From Archangium sp. (GTDB lineage: Bacteria > Myxococcota > Myxococcia > Myxococcales > Myxococcaceae): a DNA stretch of 64,000 bases. The stretch covers positions 20,098 through 84,097 of the forward strand of contig JANLPS010000055.1 of assembly GCA_031367385.1 (NCBI GenBank). Direction: 5' to 3'. Positions within the stretch are counted from its first letter, which is position 1; each line of letters begins with the position of its first letter. The notes beneath the pieces were generated by a model that was given only the letters and a program-made list of their open reading frames with translations, was not told the origin of the DNA and did not search any database. This document shows positions 36,130-47,612 of the stretch, one piece after another. A program made the position numbers and the translations under genes.

Positions 36130-36513
36130 TCAGTGCTTGAGCTGCTGGTGGCCTTGAGGGCCCTCGATGCCGTGGCTCATCACGAAGCTGTAGAGTGGAA
36201 AATTGTCATCTCGGGTGCCGCCCACGCACTCGAACAGCCAGGCGTTGCGCTGCGGCTCTTCGAGGTCTGGCGAGGTCTGAACGAAGAGCACGTCTGTGCG
36301 CTCGATGACGATCTCAGCCACCAAGACCTTGCCCAGAATCGCCTGGCACACCGCCCGACCATCGTCTTCCTCGAAAAAATCCCAGTGGAGCGCCTCGTGA
36401 TCGAACACCGACATCTCCCCGGCGCCCGCGCGAATGACGCAATTGCTGTGGTCCTGCAGCCACTTCCAGAACAGGTCGAACGTCAGCGGCGCAGGGGTCG
36501 AGGTGCTCGGCAT
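36130..36513 (-). CDS. hypothetical protein
   Basis: 127-aa ORF with globular composition and strong codon bias. Confidence 0.7.
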   Translation of the reverse strand: MPSTSTPAPLTFDLFWKWLQDHSNCVIRAGAGEMSVFDHEALHWDFFEEDDGRAVCQAILGKVLVAEIVIERTDVLFVQTSPDLEEPQRNAWLFECVGGTRDDNFPLYSFVMSHGIEGPQGHQQLKH

Positions 36514-36853
36514 TCACTGCCCTTACCTGCTCGGTTGATGCTGCGCGAGCGTTCGATGCGCGACGCAAAAGGCTGCGACTGCACCGCGCCCACCCGCGAC
36601 GTGGCGAGCACCGCATCACGCCGTTCGACGAGGCTTGAGTTCGATCGGCGCCCACCGTTCGGAGCCTCACCGCTCGAAGCCTGTGGGCCGCAGCGTCGCA
36701 AGCGCTTGAAATAACGTCATTTCAGAGGGTTTCGAGGCGCTGTGACCTGGGTCGATACAAGCGACGGCCCGGCTGGCTCCTCCCTCTCAAAACCTCTAGT
36801 GTGCCGCCGCCGATGTACGTCGCCCCCGCACACCCTCATGAGAGCCGTTCGCC

Positions 36854-39800
36854 ATGACGTCGCGCGCCGACTCGATGTTGGGGCGAACGCTTGGCGACTT
36901 CATCGTTCGCGAGCGAATCGGCTCGGGCGGCGTCGGAGAAGTATTTCGCGCCGAGCAGGTGACGTTGGGGCGCGAAGCGGTGATCAAAGTGTTGTCGCGC
37001 AACCGCGAGCTGAGCACGCCCGCGGCCGATCGGTTCTTGCGCGAAGCCCGCTTGGCCTCGCGGCTCGATCACCCCTTTGCCGCGCACATCTACGCCTTCG
37101 GTGCAGAGCCCGACGGCATGCTGTGGATCGCGATGGAGCTGGTTCGGGGCATACCCCTCGACCGGTTGATCTCGACCCAAGGCCCCCTGCCGCTCGCCCG
37201 CTTCGTGCCATTCTTCGAGCGCCTCGCCGAGGTGCTCTACGCGGCGCACGAGCAGGGCATCATTCACCGCGACGTGAAGCCGGCCAACGTGATGGTGCTC
37301 AGCCGCACCGGGAGGCTGCTGCCGAAGTTGCTCGACCTGGGCATCGCGCGGGCCGATTCGTCGTCGAGGCCGGCCACCCAGTCAGTCGCGGTCGACATCG
37401 AGACGCTCTCCGACGAGCCGGTCGATGATGGCGCGCTGAGCACCAGCGGTGAGCTGATGATCAGCAAGTCGAGAGACGCAACGCTGGCGGGCATGGTCAT
37501 CGGCACGCCCCACTTCATGGCGCCCGAGCAGTGGAGCGACGCCTCGAGAGCCGACGTTCGCAGCGACGTCTACAGCCTGGCGATTCTCGCGTACCAGGCC
37601 ATCACCGGGCGGCTGCCGTTCAAAGGGCACTCGCTTCGCTCGATGGCGCGGGCGCACGCGAAGCATGCCCTCCCAGAGTTGGGTGAAGGCCTGCCAAACG
37701 CCCTCTACGCGGTGCTGGCGAAGGCGACAGCGAAGCGGCCCGAAGATCGCTACGCGAGCGCGCTGGAGCTCTCGAGCGCGCTGCGGGTGGCCTCGGGGCT
37801 CGAGTTTGAAGCCGCCTCGCTGCCGCAGCTCGATGATGGGCTGCGCGAGACGGTGTTGGCGCAGGCACCTCAGCCGATCGCCGAGGCGGTGGCGATGCTC
37901 GAGGGTGCACGGTCGCCGCGGCAAGCGGTCGACGCGGTGTCGGCGGTGCAGCGGGTGGTCACCCGGCACCTGGCGATGATGGCGTTGGCAGCGCGGGCTC
38001 GCATCGGCGCTGGAGGCGAAGACGACACCGAAGAGGTGCTCGGGTTGATCAAACGCGCCGCGGCCGGTCGCATCGATGACGATGCGTGGCGGGCGCTGAC
38101 CGTTGGGCTGGTGCAGCCCTTCGCCGATCGCCGCGATGCGCACCCGGTGCCCGAGCTGGTCGCGGTGTTCTTCACCGGCGATGGCCGAACAGGCACCGGC
38201 GCGTTGGCGCTCGAGCGGCTGGCGCAGCTGCCATGGCCAGGGCTCGAGGCAGCGCAAGACGAGCTGATTGCCTTCTTGCACCAGGCGATACCCGCGGCGG
38301 GGCAGGTGCTCTCGACGCTGTCGTTCTTGTTCGACTACTCGCTGGTGGTTCGCCGCAACGACGCCGAGCGTTGGATGGGCACTCGCCGCAGCCGCCGGGT
38401 GCCGCAAGACGTGCTCGGGCCGCAGCCGGTCGACGGAGAGGTCGCGCTGCTCAACTCGGCCGGGTCGATGGTGTTGACGTTGTCTCCGTTGGTGCAGCTG
38501 ATCGCACCGAGTGGAGGCGCGATCGAAGAGCTCTTTTACTTCGACGGCCCCGGTCGGCACGGGGCGAGGCTGCTGGCGTTGCCGGGGCCCTTCGAGCGGC
38601 AAGACTCCGAGCTGTGGGGCTGGTTCTCGCAGAACATCACCGACGTGCTGGCCCCGGTGCACCGGGTGGGGCGCGATGAGCACGAGCCGTACAAGGGGTT
38701 GAGCGCGTTCACCGCGCACGACGCCGACAATTATTTCGGCCGCGAGAAAGAAGCCCAGGGCTTCGCGAACCGCATGCGGGCTGAGCCTTTGCTCGCGGTG
38801 GTCGGGCCTTCAGGGGCTGGCAAGTCGTCATTCATTTCGGCGGGCGTGGTGCCGCTGTTGCCCAGGAGCTGGCGCACGGTGGTGATGCGGCCGGGCACCT
38901 CTCCGTTGGCGGCATTGGAGAAGCGGATGATGGCCGAGAAGCTCGGCGCCGAGGGGCTGGCGGCCAGGGTTCGGCGTGACCCGTTGGCGCTGGCCAATCA
39001 CGTCGCAGGGGCGTTGGCGCCGGGTGAGACGCTGCTGTTGGTGCTCGATCAATTCGAAGAGCTGGTGACCCTGTGCGCCGACGTTGAAGAACGTCAGGCC
39101 TTCGCGCGCGCGGTCGCCCATTCGGCCGATCTCGCCGGGAGCCGGGTGCGGGTGGTGATGACCCTGCGCGACGATTTCTTGATTCAAATCACGCAGTTGT
39201 CGGCGTTTCGAGATCGCCTGTCGAGCGCGCTGCAGTTGCTGGCGACTCCGGCGCCAGACGATTTGATGCGCGTGGTGATTGAGCCGGCGCGGCGGGTCGG
39301 GTTCGGGTTCGACGACGAGACGCTGCCAAAGCGAATGGTCGACGCGGTAGCCGAACACTCGGGCGCGTTGGCGCTGCTGTCGTTCACGGCGTCGCAGATG
39401 TGGCTGTTGCGCGACCGGCACCTGCGGCAGATGCGGGCGAAGACGTACGAGGCGATTGGCGGCGTGGGCGGAGCGCTCGCGAACCACGCCGAGCGCACGC
39501 TGGCGCAGCTGGCGATGCCGCAACAGCGGCTGGTGCGAGAGGCGTTTCGCCAGTTGGTGACGGGCCAGGGCACCCGCGCGGTGCTCTCGCGAAAGGAGCT
39601 GCTCGAGGTGCTGGGCAACGACGCGGCCGCCGACGAAGTGCTCGAGACGTTGGTGAGCGCGCGGTTGCTGATTTCGGGCGAGGGCGATGGGCACGAGACG
39701 CGCACCGAGCTGATTCACGAGTCGCTGATTCATTCGTGGCCGCGGTTGGTGGAGTGGCTGCGGGAAGATGCCGAGACGGCGCGGCTGCGAGATGCGCTGC

Positions 39801-42238
39801 GCTCGTCGGCGCGGCACTGGCTCGAGCGCGGCCGACCCCGCGGGTTGCTCTGGCGCGAAGAGACGCTGGCTGAATTTCAGCTGTGGCGCGCGAGGTTCAG
39901 TGGTGGCCTGACCGAGGCAGAGCGTGCGTTCGCTGACGCGAGCGTGCGGGCGCAGGCGAGGGGTCAGCTGATTCGGCGCGCCTTCGCCGCGGCCGCGTTC
40001 GTGGCGTTGGCGGCGGGGCTGGTGGTGGTGGCGCAGGCGTACCGTTCGGCAGAGGCAGCGCTTGGCGAATCACGGGCGAGCGCGACCAAGGCCCAGCAGC
40101 GGCTGGCGAATTTGCGGCAGGAGCAGGGGCGGTTGGCGATGCTCGAGAACAAGCCGCTCGAGGCGCTGGCCTATCTCGACGCAGCGCGCACAGCGGGAGC
40201 GCAGGGGCCGGCGCTCGACCACATGCTGAATTTGGCGACGTGGCTGACGCGGGGTGAGATTCGCAGATTCGGCGAGGCTGACCCGAGCACCGATGATGTG
40301 CTGTCACCCGATGAGAAGACGCTGGCTATTTTTCACGAGGGGCATGTGACCTTGTGGGACGTCGCCAGTGGCGTCATCAGGTCTAAGATCAAGACTGCGG
40401 CCGTCGCCGGGGCGTTCGCGCCTGATGGGCAGCTGGCGCTCATCAACCCGGAGGGCACTCTCGACTTTTTCGACCAGACCTCGGGCGCGCTCAAGTCGAA
40501 GATTGAGATCGGGAAGGGGACGTACTTCAGCGTCGAGTTCGATTCTCAAGGCAAATTCATCGTGCTGTCGGGTGTCGGGGATCAGGTTCGAATTGTGCGA
40601 CGATCGGGTGAGGTTATCGCGACGCCGGCTGCCCCGGGCGCTCTCCGACTCTCCACCAAACTCAACCAAGACGGACGTGTGGTCGCAATCTTCGCCGGTC
40701 CGTCTGTCGCCACACCAACTTCGCTCCGAGATGTGAGGTTGGTGAACGTTGAGACAGGCGCACTCGCCTTCAAGATTCATCTTGATGACCCGGCGAGACA
40801 GGTCGTCTTTGGCCCTCTCGATCGGTTCGCGATCGCCGATTCGAATGGGCAGCTCTCGATGGCAAATGTGGGAACCAAGCGGGTCGAGTGGCAACGCCGT
40901 GAGCACGCAGGCCCGATTCAAAGTGTTTCGTTCAGCCCTGGCGGTGACCGATTGATGTCGTTGGGGTTCGACGGCAAGGTTGTCATCTGGGATGCGACCG
41001 ATGGTCGAAAGCGACAATCGGTGACACTCGCTTCGGGCCCACTACGTGCTGGGTTCTGGTTGGACTCACGATGGATCGTCGTGCAGCTCCCCGACGGCGT
41101 GCTTCAGAAGGTCAATGTCGAGACCGGCGAACGTGATTGGCGATTCGTCGGTGACGCCGCTCGCGCGAGCGTATGGAGAACTTCAGATGGCGCGACCATT
41201 CTCACCAGCGCCCCGAACGGAGTCATTCGCAGCTGGGATGCAAGCACGTCGGGAGGCAAAGCGAGGTTGGCCGGGCATCACGTCAACTCAGTGTTTGGGT
41301 CAGGCGTCGCGACAAACCAGGCCGTAGCTTCGAATGACGGCTGGTTCGTACTCGGCGTCGATGATGATTCGACCACTCTTGTAAGAGCGAAGGGGGCGTT
41401 TGGAGACGGTGACGTTGCAGCGCAGATAAGTACCGACGGAACGCATTTAGTGCGGGCCCTTGAGCGAACAGTTCAGGTGTTGAATGAGAAATCGGGCTTC
41501 GAGCTTACGCAAACGCTCACGGACACGAGTTCGATTTTTTCGATAGCCATCGACGCCGCGGGGTCGCGTATCGCAATGCAAACGGACTCTGGAGAAATTT
41601 CACTTTGGAGTGGGACTCCATTCACCAAGGTGGCGACAATCTCGGCTTTGGGCAGCGACAGACACTCGCCAGGCTTTTTCGTGAACGACGAATTGATAAC
41701 CGGTTCGACGACAGGCGTATTGGAGAGATGGGATGCGAAGTCGGGTCAGTCGGTAAGCCGCAGACAGGCTTTCAACTCGCTCATTCTTCCGCTTCAATCG
41801 TCGGTCCCCGATCGGTTTTTCGCCGTCACACTGAATGGCGCCATTCAGGTTTGGTCGTTGAATGCGAACTCCCTCATCACAGAAGTTCCGGGGCTTGGGG
41901 TTCTGCCGCTCGCGGTCGAAATGGACCCCGCTGGCCACTTGCTCTCGGAATTCACGCCTGATGGATCTTGGTCGACCTGGGATCTGCAGGAACATCGGCT
42001 TTTAAGCCGAGTCATCACAATTGGGCCTTTGCGAGATGCTGTCACTAGCCGAGGAACTGTTGCGCTTGTCAGCCACGAGGGCTCCCTCGTGGCATGGCCC
42101 GCGATCGCGCCTTCTTTCTCTGCGGAGCAGACTGCTCGGGCGGTGCGATGCGGCCCGAGCGAACTTCGCGATGATCGGCTCGAGGAACGGGACGCTGACA
42201 GACTTCTGGCATGCGCGTCGCTGCCGACTCGCGAATAG
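36854..42238 (+). CDS. Ser/Thr kinase - nSTAND1-type NTPase - TM - WD40 repeat protein
   Basis: HRDVKPAN, DLG, GTPHFMAPEQ; PYKGL..F...D...FGR, GPSGAGKSS, LVLDQFEE, TLRDDF, ELIHESLI..WPRL; hydrophobic helix; WD repeats. Confidence 0.92.
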   Translation: MTSRADSMLGRTLGDFIVRERIGSGGVGEVFRAEQVTLGREAVIKVLSRNRELSTPAADRFLREARLASRLDHPFAAHIYAFGAEPDGMLWIAMELVRGIPLDRLISTQGPLPLARFVPFFERLAEVLYAAHEQGIIHRDVKPANVMVLSRTGRLLPKLLDLGIARADSSSRPATQSVAVDIETLSDEPVDDGALSTSGELMISKSRDATLAGMVIGTPHFMAPEQWSDASRADVRSDVYSLAILAYQAITGRLPFKGHSLRSMARAHAKHALPELGEGLPNALYAVLAKATAKRPEDRYASALELSSALRVASGLEFEAASLPQLDDGLRETVLAQAPQPIAEAVAMLEGARSPRQAVDAVSAVQRVVTRHLAMMALAARARIGAGGEDDTEEVLGLIKRAAAGRIDDDAWRALTVGLVQPFADRRDAHPVPELVAVFFTGDGRTGTGALALERLAQLPWPGLEAAQDELIAFLHQAIPAAGQVLSTLSFLFDYSLVVRRNDAERWMGTRRSRRVPQDVLGPQPVDGEVALLNSAGSMVLTLSPLVQLIAPSGGAIEELFYFDGPGRHGARLLALPGPFERQDSELWGWFSQNITDVLAPVHRVGRDEHEPYKGLSAFTAHDADNYFGREKEAQGFANRMRAEPLLAVVGPSGAGKSSFISAGVVPLLPRSWRTVVMRPGTSPLAALEKRMMAEKLGAEGLAARVRRDPLALANHVAGALAPGETLLLVLDQFEELVTLCADVEERQAFARAVAHSADLAGSRVRVVMTLRDDFLIQITQLSAFRDRLSSALQLLATPAPDDLMRVVIEPARRVGFGFDDETLPKRMVDAVAEHSGALALLSFTASQMWLLRDRHLRQMRAKTYEAIGGVGGALANHAERTLAQLAMPQQRLVREAFRQLVTGQGTRAVLSRKELLEVLGNDAAADEVLETLVSARLLISGEGDGHETRTELIHESLIHSWPRLVEWLREDAETARLRDALRSSARHWLERGRPRGLLWREETLAEFQLWRARFSGGLTEAERAFADASVRAQARGQLIRRAFAAAAFVALAAGLVVVAQAYRSAEAALGESRASATKAQQRLANLRQEQGRLAMLENKPLEALAYLDAARTAGAQGPALDHMLNLATWLTRGEIRRFGEADPSTDDVLSPDEKTLAIFHEGHVTLWDVASGVIRSKIKTAAVAGAFAPDGQLALINPEGTLDFFDQTSGALKSKIEIGKGTYFSVEFDSQGKFIVLSGVGDQVRIVRRSGEVIATPAAPGALRLSTKLNQDGRVVAIFAGPSVATPTSLRDVRLVNVETGALAFKIHLDDPARQVVFGPLDRFAIADSNGQLSMANVGTKRVEWQRREHAGPIQSVSFSPGGDRLMSLGFDGKVVIWDATDGRKRQSVTLASGPLRAGFWLDSRWIVVQLPDGVLQKVNVETGERDWRFVGDAARASVWRTSDGATILTSAPNGVIRSWDASTSGGKARLAGHHVNSVFGSGVATNQAVASNDGWFVLGVDDDSTTLVRAKGAFGDGDVAAQISTDGTHLVRALERTVQVLNEKSGFELTQTLTDTSSIFSIAIDAAGSRIAMQTDSGEISLWSGTPFTKVATISALGSDRHSPGFFVNDELITGSTTGVLERWDAKSGQSVSRRQAFNSLILPLQSSVPDRFFAVTLNGAIQVWSLNANSLITEVPGLGVLPLAVEMDPAGHLLSEFTPDGSWSTWDLQEHRLLSRVITIGPLRDAVTSRGTVALVSHEGSLVAWPAIAPSFSAEQTARAVRCGPSELRDDRLEERDADRLLACASLPTRE

Positions 42239-42366
42239 GCGTCAGGTTACCGCCGGCTTTCGAAGCGCCAGAGAGCTGACGTCTCAACCTTTGGTTTTCA
42301 TGCCGCGTCCATCTGGACTGTTTCGTGCTGATACCCCGCGTTCTCAACCACGACGGAGGGTTCGCG

Positions 42367-42507
42367 ATGGCGCCCAAGAAAAAATTACTCACGTTGAACA
42401 TCACCAAACTCAAAGCCCTTAGTGATGACGAAGGCAAAACGGTACAGGGAGGGAGTGGGACGAACTCGACGACTTGCGGAACGACCTACTGCCCCAAAAG
42501 CGGGTAA
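42367..42507 (+). CDS. putative RiPP (lanthipeptide-like) precursor, 46 aa
   Basis: GGAGGG RBS; leader MAPKKKLLTLNITKLKALSDDEGKTVQGG; core SGTNSTTCGTTYCPKSG; hairpin right after stop. Confidence 0.72.
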   Translation: MAPKKKLLTLNITKLKALSDDEGKTVQGGSGTNSTTCGTTYCPKSG

Positions 42508-42510
42508 GCC

Positions 42511-42543
42511 AAAGGCGTGAACGGCTCGCTCGTTCACGCCTTT
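42511..42543. terminator. bidirectional intrinsic terminator
   Basis: Perfect 13-bp stem AAAGGCGTGAACG / CGTTCACGCCTTT, 7-nt loop. Confidence 0.75.
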
Positions 42544-43024
42544 AGTTGCTCAGCGAAATCACACACCCCTCAATCTTCTTGAGCGCCTGTTTGAGCACCA
42601 TCTGGCTCAGCGACTCTCCGTCGATTGAAAAGTCACCCTTCAATGCCTTGCCCGAGTCGCCCTTGACCGACAACCCGTCGGTGAGCGAAATCTGGCTGCC
42701 GTGCACGATCGCGTCGGGGTCGACCTTCGCCGTGCCGCCAATCGCGACGATGCTCTCGGTGACCTCGGCGCCGGCTTCGATCAGCACGTCACCCTTCACC
42801 GCCAGCACCGACTTCACCTTTGCGCCCTTCTTCACCGTCACCTTGCCCTGTAGCGCGATCACATTCTCGACCGTGCGACCGCTCTCGATGACGATGTCTC
42901 CGCGCTTTTGCATCACATCGCCCTTGCCGACGCTGATGTGACAGGTGTCTTTCTTCGCCGCCTCGTCAGCCATCGCCGTGGTGCTGCCCATCGACACGAC
43001 TGCCATCACCAAAAGAGCTCGCAT
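42542..43024 (-). CDS. exported beta-helix protein (bactofilin/polymer-forming-like repeats)
   Basis: Signal peptide; repeats V..V.A..G.V.I..GA.V. Confidence 0.65.
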   Translation of the reverse strand: MRALLVMAVVSMGSTTAMADEAAKKDTCHISVGKGDVMQKRGDIVIESGRTVENVIALQGKVTVKKGAKVKSVLAVKGDVLIEAGAEVTESIVAIGGTAKVDPDAIVHGSQISLTDGLSVKGDSGKALKGDFSIDGESLSQMVLKQALKKIEGCVISLSN

Positions 43025-43040
43025 AGGGCCGCCCCGTACG

Positions 43041-44108
43041 TCACCCTGGGCGAACGATTTCGTCGGCCGCCCAACCAAGCCGCCTCGCCAACGACGGGTC
43101 ATCGCGGGTTCGCCAAATGAACCCGTCGAGCAGGTAGTGCGTCGTCTGCGGGAGCGCCAACAGCGGCACGATCAACGACATCGCCACCGCACCCAGCTCG
43201 AAACCGCCCTCGCCAAAGAACATCGGCCGCTCGTGCCAAACCAGCCTGTCCCAGGCGAGCTCCTCGGCGAAGGCGAGCATCACCAGAAAGCCGCAGAATA
43301 CGGGCACACCAAAGCGGAGCACGACACCGAGCGCTCCATAGCCGCCCTCGTCGCGCCGGCGTTGCATGTACCGAAACAGCATCACCAGGTACGGCACGCC
43401 GTGCAGCACGACGTTCATCACCGTGAACGAAAAATCATCGCGCGCCAGCACGATGCCGCCGACCCAGGCCACCCAGGTCGCCGCGAGCAGCGTCACCTTG
43501 CCCGCATGCACCGAGCGCCGAACGAGGGCCCAGGCCAGCCAGCCCACCAGCACCACCGCGTTGAGGCCGAGCGCCCACGTGCCCACCCACCGGGGCAGTG
43601 ACGGCACGAAGTCACCCTCGCGAAACCACCAGAACGACCGCGGCAGGTTCGCATGCCACCACACCACCGGCCCGAGCGTCGCGGCGTACATCGTCAGCGC
43701 GTCGAAACGCAGCTGCGCCACCGTGCTGCCGGCCCTCCGCCCGTACAGCGTCATCCACCCGGCTTGTTGCCGAACGAAGTGCCAGACCGCGACATAGGCA
43801 AGCACCCGCCAGAAGAGCTCACTCGAGACCTGATGCACGGTGACTCCAAGGGCGTAGGCCAGCAGCGGAGCGCCCGCGTACAGCACCGGCCTGCGGCGCA
43901 GCTCGTCACCATCGAGGTAGACCCGAAACACAGTCGACCACACGTGCGCGACGTCGATGCCGACGACGAAGACGAGCCAGGCCCATGGAGGTGTTTCTCC
44001 GACCACTCCCCACGTTGGCGCCAGGAGCACGACGAGCGTTGAGACGAGCGCGCTGCCGGCGAACATCGCCAGGTCGGTGCGGCGACTGAAGAGCCAGGCG
44101 CTCACCAT
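43041..44108 (-). CDS. conserved multi-pass membrane protein with His motifs
   Basis: DVAHVWST, WHFVRQ, HGVPY, HYLLDGFIW; about 8 TM. Confidence 0.75.
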   Translation of the reverse strand: MVSAWLFSRRTDLAMFAGSALVSTLVVLLAPTWGVVGETPPWAWLVFVVGIDVAHVWSTVFRVYLDGDELRRRPVLYAGAPLLAYALGVTVHQVSSELFWRVLAYVAVWHFVRQQAGWMTLYGRRAGSTVAQLRFDALTMYAATLGPVVWWHANLPRSFWWFREGDFVPSLPRWVGTWALGLNAVVLVGWLAWALVRRSVHAGKVTLLAATWVAWVGGIVLARDDFSFTVMNVVLHGVPYLVMLFRYMQRRRDEGGYGALGVVLRFGVPVFCGFLVMLAFAEELAWDRLVWHERPMFFGEGGFELGAVAMSLIVPLLALPQTTHYLLDGFIWRTRDDPSLARRLGWAADEIVRPG

Positions 44109-44199
44109 GAGGGTCTCGCGGGGTGATGTCGCAGCATTGCGTACACGTTGAAGAACAGCAGCGTCGGTCGAACCCGAATGGTACCGTGCCGCACCATTT

Positions 44200-46328
<2,129 letters not shown>

Positions 46329-46332
<4 letters not shown>

Positions 46333-47396
46333 GCCTCATCGCAATCGCCCTTTCAGCAGCATTGGCCGCCGCACCCGCGGGCTCTGCAGCGAGCCAGGCA
46401 GACAATGGGTTGTCGGCGACCGACAAGGCCAAGGCCAAAGACCTCTTCGGGGTTGGGCAGAAGCTCTACAAGGCCGAGCTCTACCCCGAAGCGATCGAGA
46501 AATTTCAAGCGGCCTACGCGATACGCCCCCACCCGGTCATCTTCTTCAACATCGCCAAGTGCTACGAGCAGCTCCAGGAGACGGGCAAGGCCATGCGCGC
46601 GTATCGCGACTACCTGCGGCTCAGCCCAGAAGCGACCGACAAAGACGCGGTCAACGATTCAATCGCGAACCTCGAGCGGCGCCTGAAAGAAAAAGGGCTG
46701 AATCAAATCATCGTGTTCGCCGACCCCGCGACGGCGAAGATCGAAATCGATGGCAAAGAGGTTGGCGTCTCACCCGCCTCGGCCGAGCTGGTCTCGGGCA
46801 CGCACAAGATCGCGGTGAGGGCCCCGGGCTATGACCCGGTCGAGCGCACGTTCATCATGTCGATCTCGCGTGTGAGCGAGATGACGGTGAACCTGCGCGC
46901 GGGTGCGACGCCTTCGATACCGACCGCGAGCAGCGGCACGACGGGCACGACTGGCACGACGGCGGCGCCTCCTGGCTGGGGCTCGGGCACGGCCGCACCG
47001 GCGAACTCGGGGTGGGGCAGCTCGACGGCGTCTACGACCGGTGACGCACCGAAGAAAGACGACCTCAAGGTCGCGACGTTGACTCCGGCGACGACCGACA
47101 CGGTGAAACCCGCGGCCGAGACGAGCCAGGTGGTCACGGCTGCGCCGGCGAAGAAGGGCCGGGTGTGGACGTGGGTCGCAGGGGGCGTGGCGGTGGCGGC
47201 GCTCGGGGGCGGCATCACGTGTGGCGTGGTCTCGAATGGAGCAGCGAATGACTTGCGCACGGTGCAGCATTCGCGCGCCGACGCGACTGTGCTTGCGAAT
47301 ACCTCGACCCAGTTCGCGACCGGCGCCAACATCGCGTACGGCGTCGCGGCTGGTGCGGCGATTACCGCGGTGATTCTGTTCTTCGTCGAGAAGTGA
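46329..47396 (+). CDS. TPR + PEGA domain exported protein
   Basis: AIEKFQAAY...HP.IFFNIAKCYE; IDG..VG.SP...L..G.H; C-terminal TM; ATGA overlap with the kinase. Confidence 0.85.
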
Positions 47397-47612
47397 GCTC
47401 GCGGCAGAGGGCGAGGAGCTGCGGCGCGGCTTCGGTTCTTCGAGTCGTCTAGATCAGGCACGGGCGATTCGAGAAGCTCGAGGTGGAGCGCGCGGCCTTC
47501 GAGCAACTGAAGACCGAGCGCGTGGAGTTCGCGAAGCGCCAGCTGTGGCACGTGCTTCGAGCAGCCCAGACGCGTGCATGCAGCTCGCGGGGCGATCACG
47601 CTGAAGTGGCGG

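Noticed and set aside
36707..36724. TGAAAT-N6-ATTTCA palindrome upstream of the STAND kinase
   Set aside because: Only 6-bp arms and one copy; no regulator can be assigned.
36854..42238. Kinase as a class III/IV lanthipeptide synthetase for the adjacent peptide
   Set aside because: The kinase is N-terminal with no lyase domain before it and no LanC-like cyclase; the remainder is STAND plus WD40.
47397..47612. Possible gene remnant (ERAAFEQLKTERVEFAKRQLW) at the left edge of the chromate locus
   Set aside because: Coding-like but short, with no recognisable family and no credible start or stop; cannot be supported without a search.
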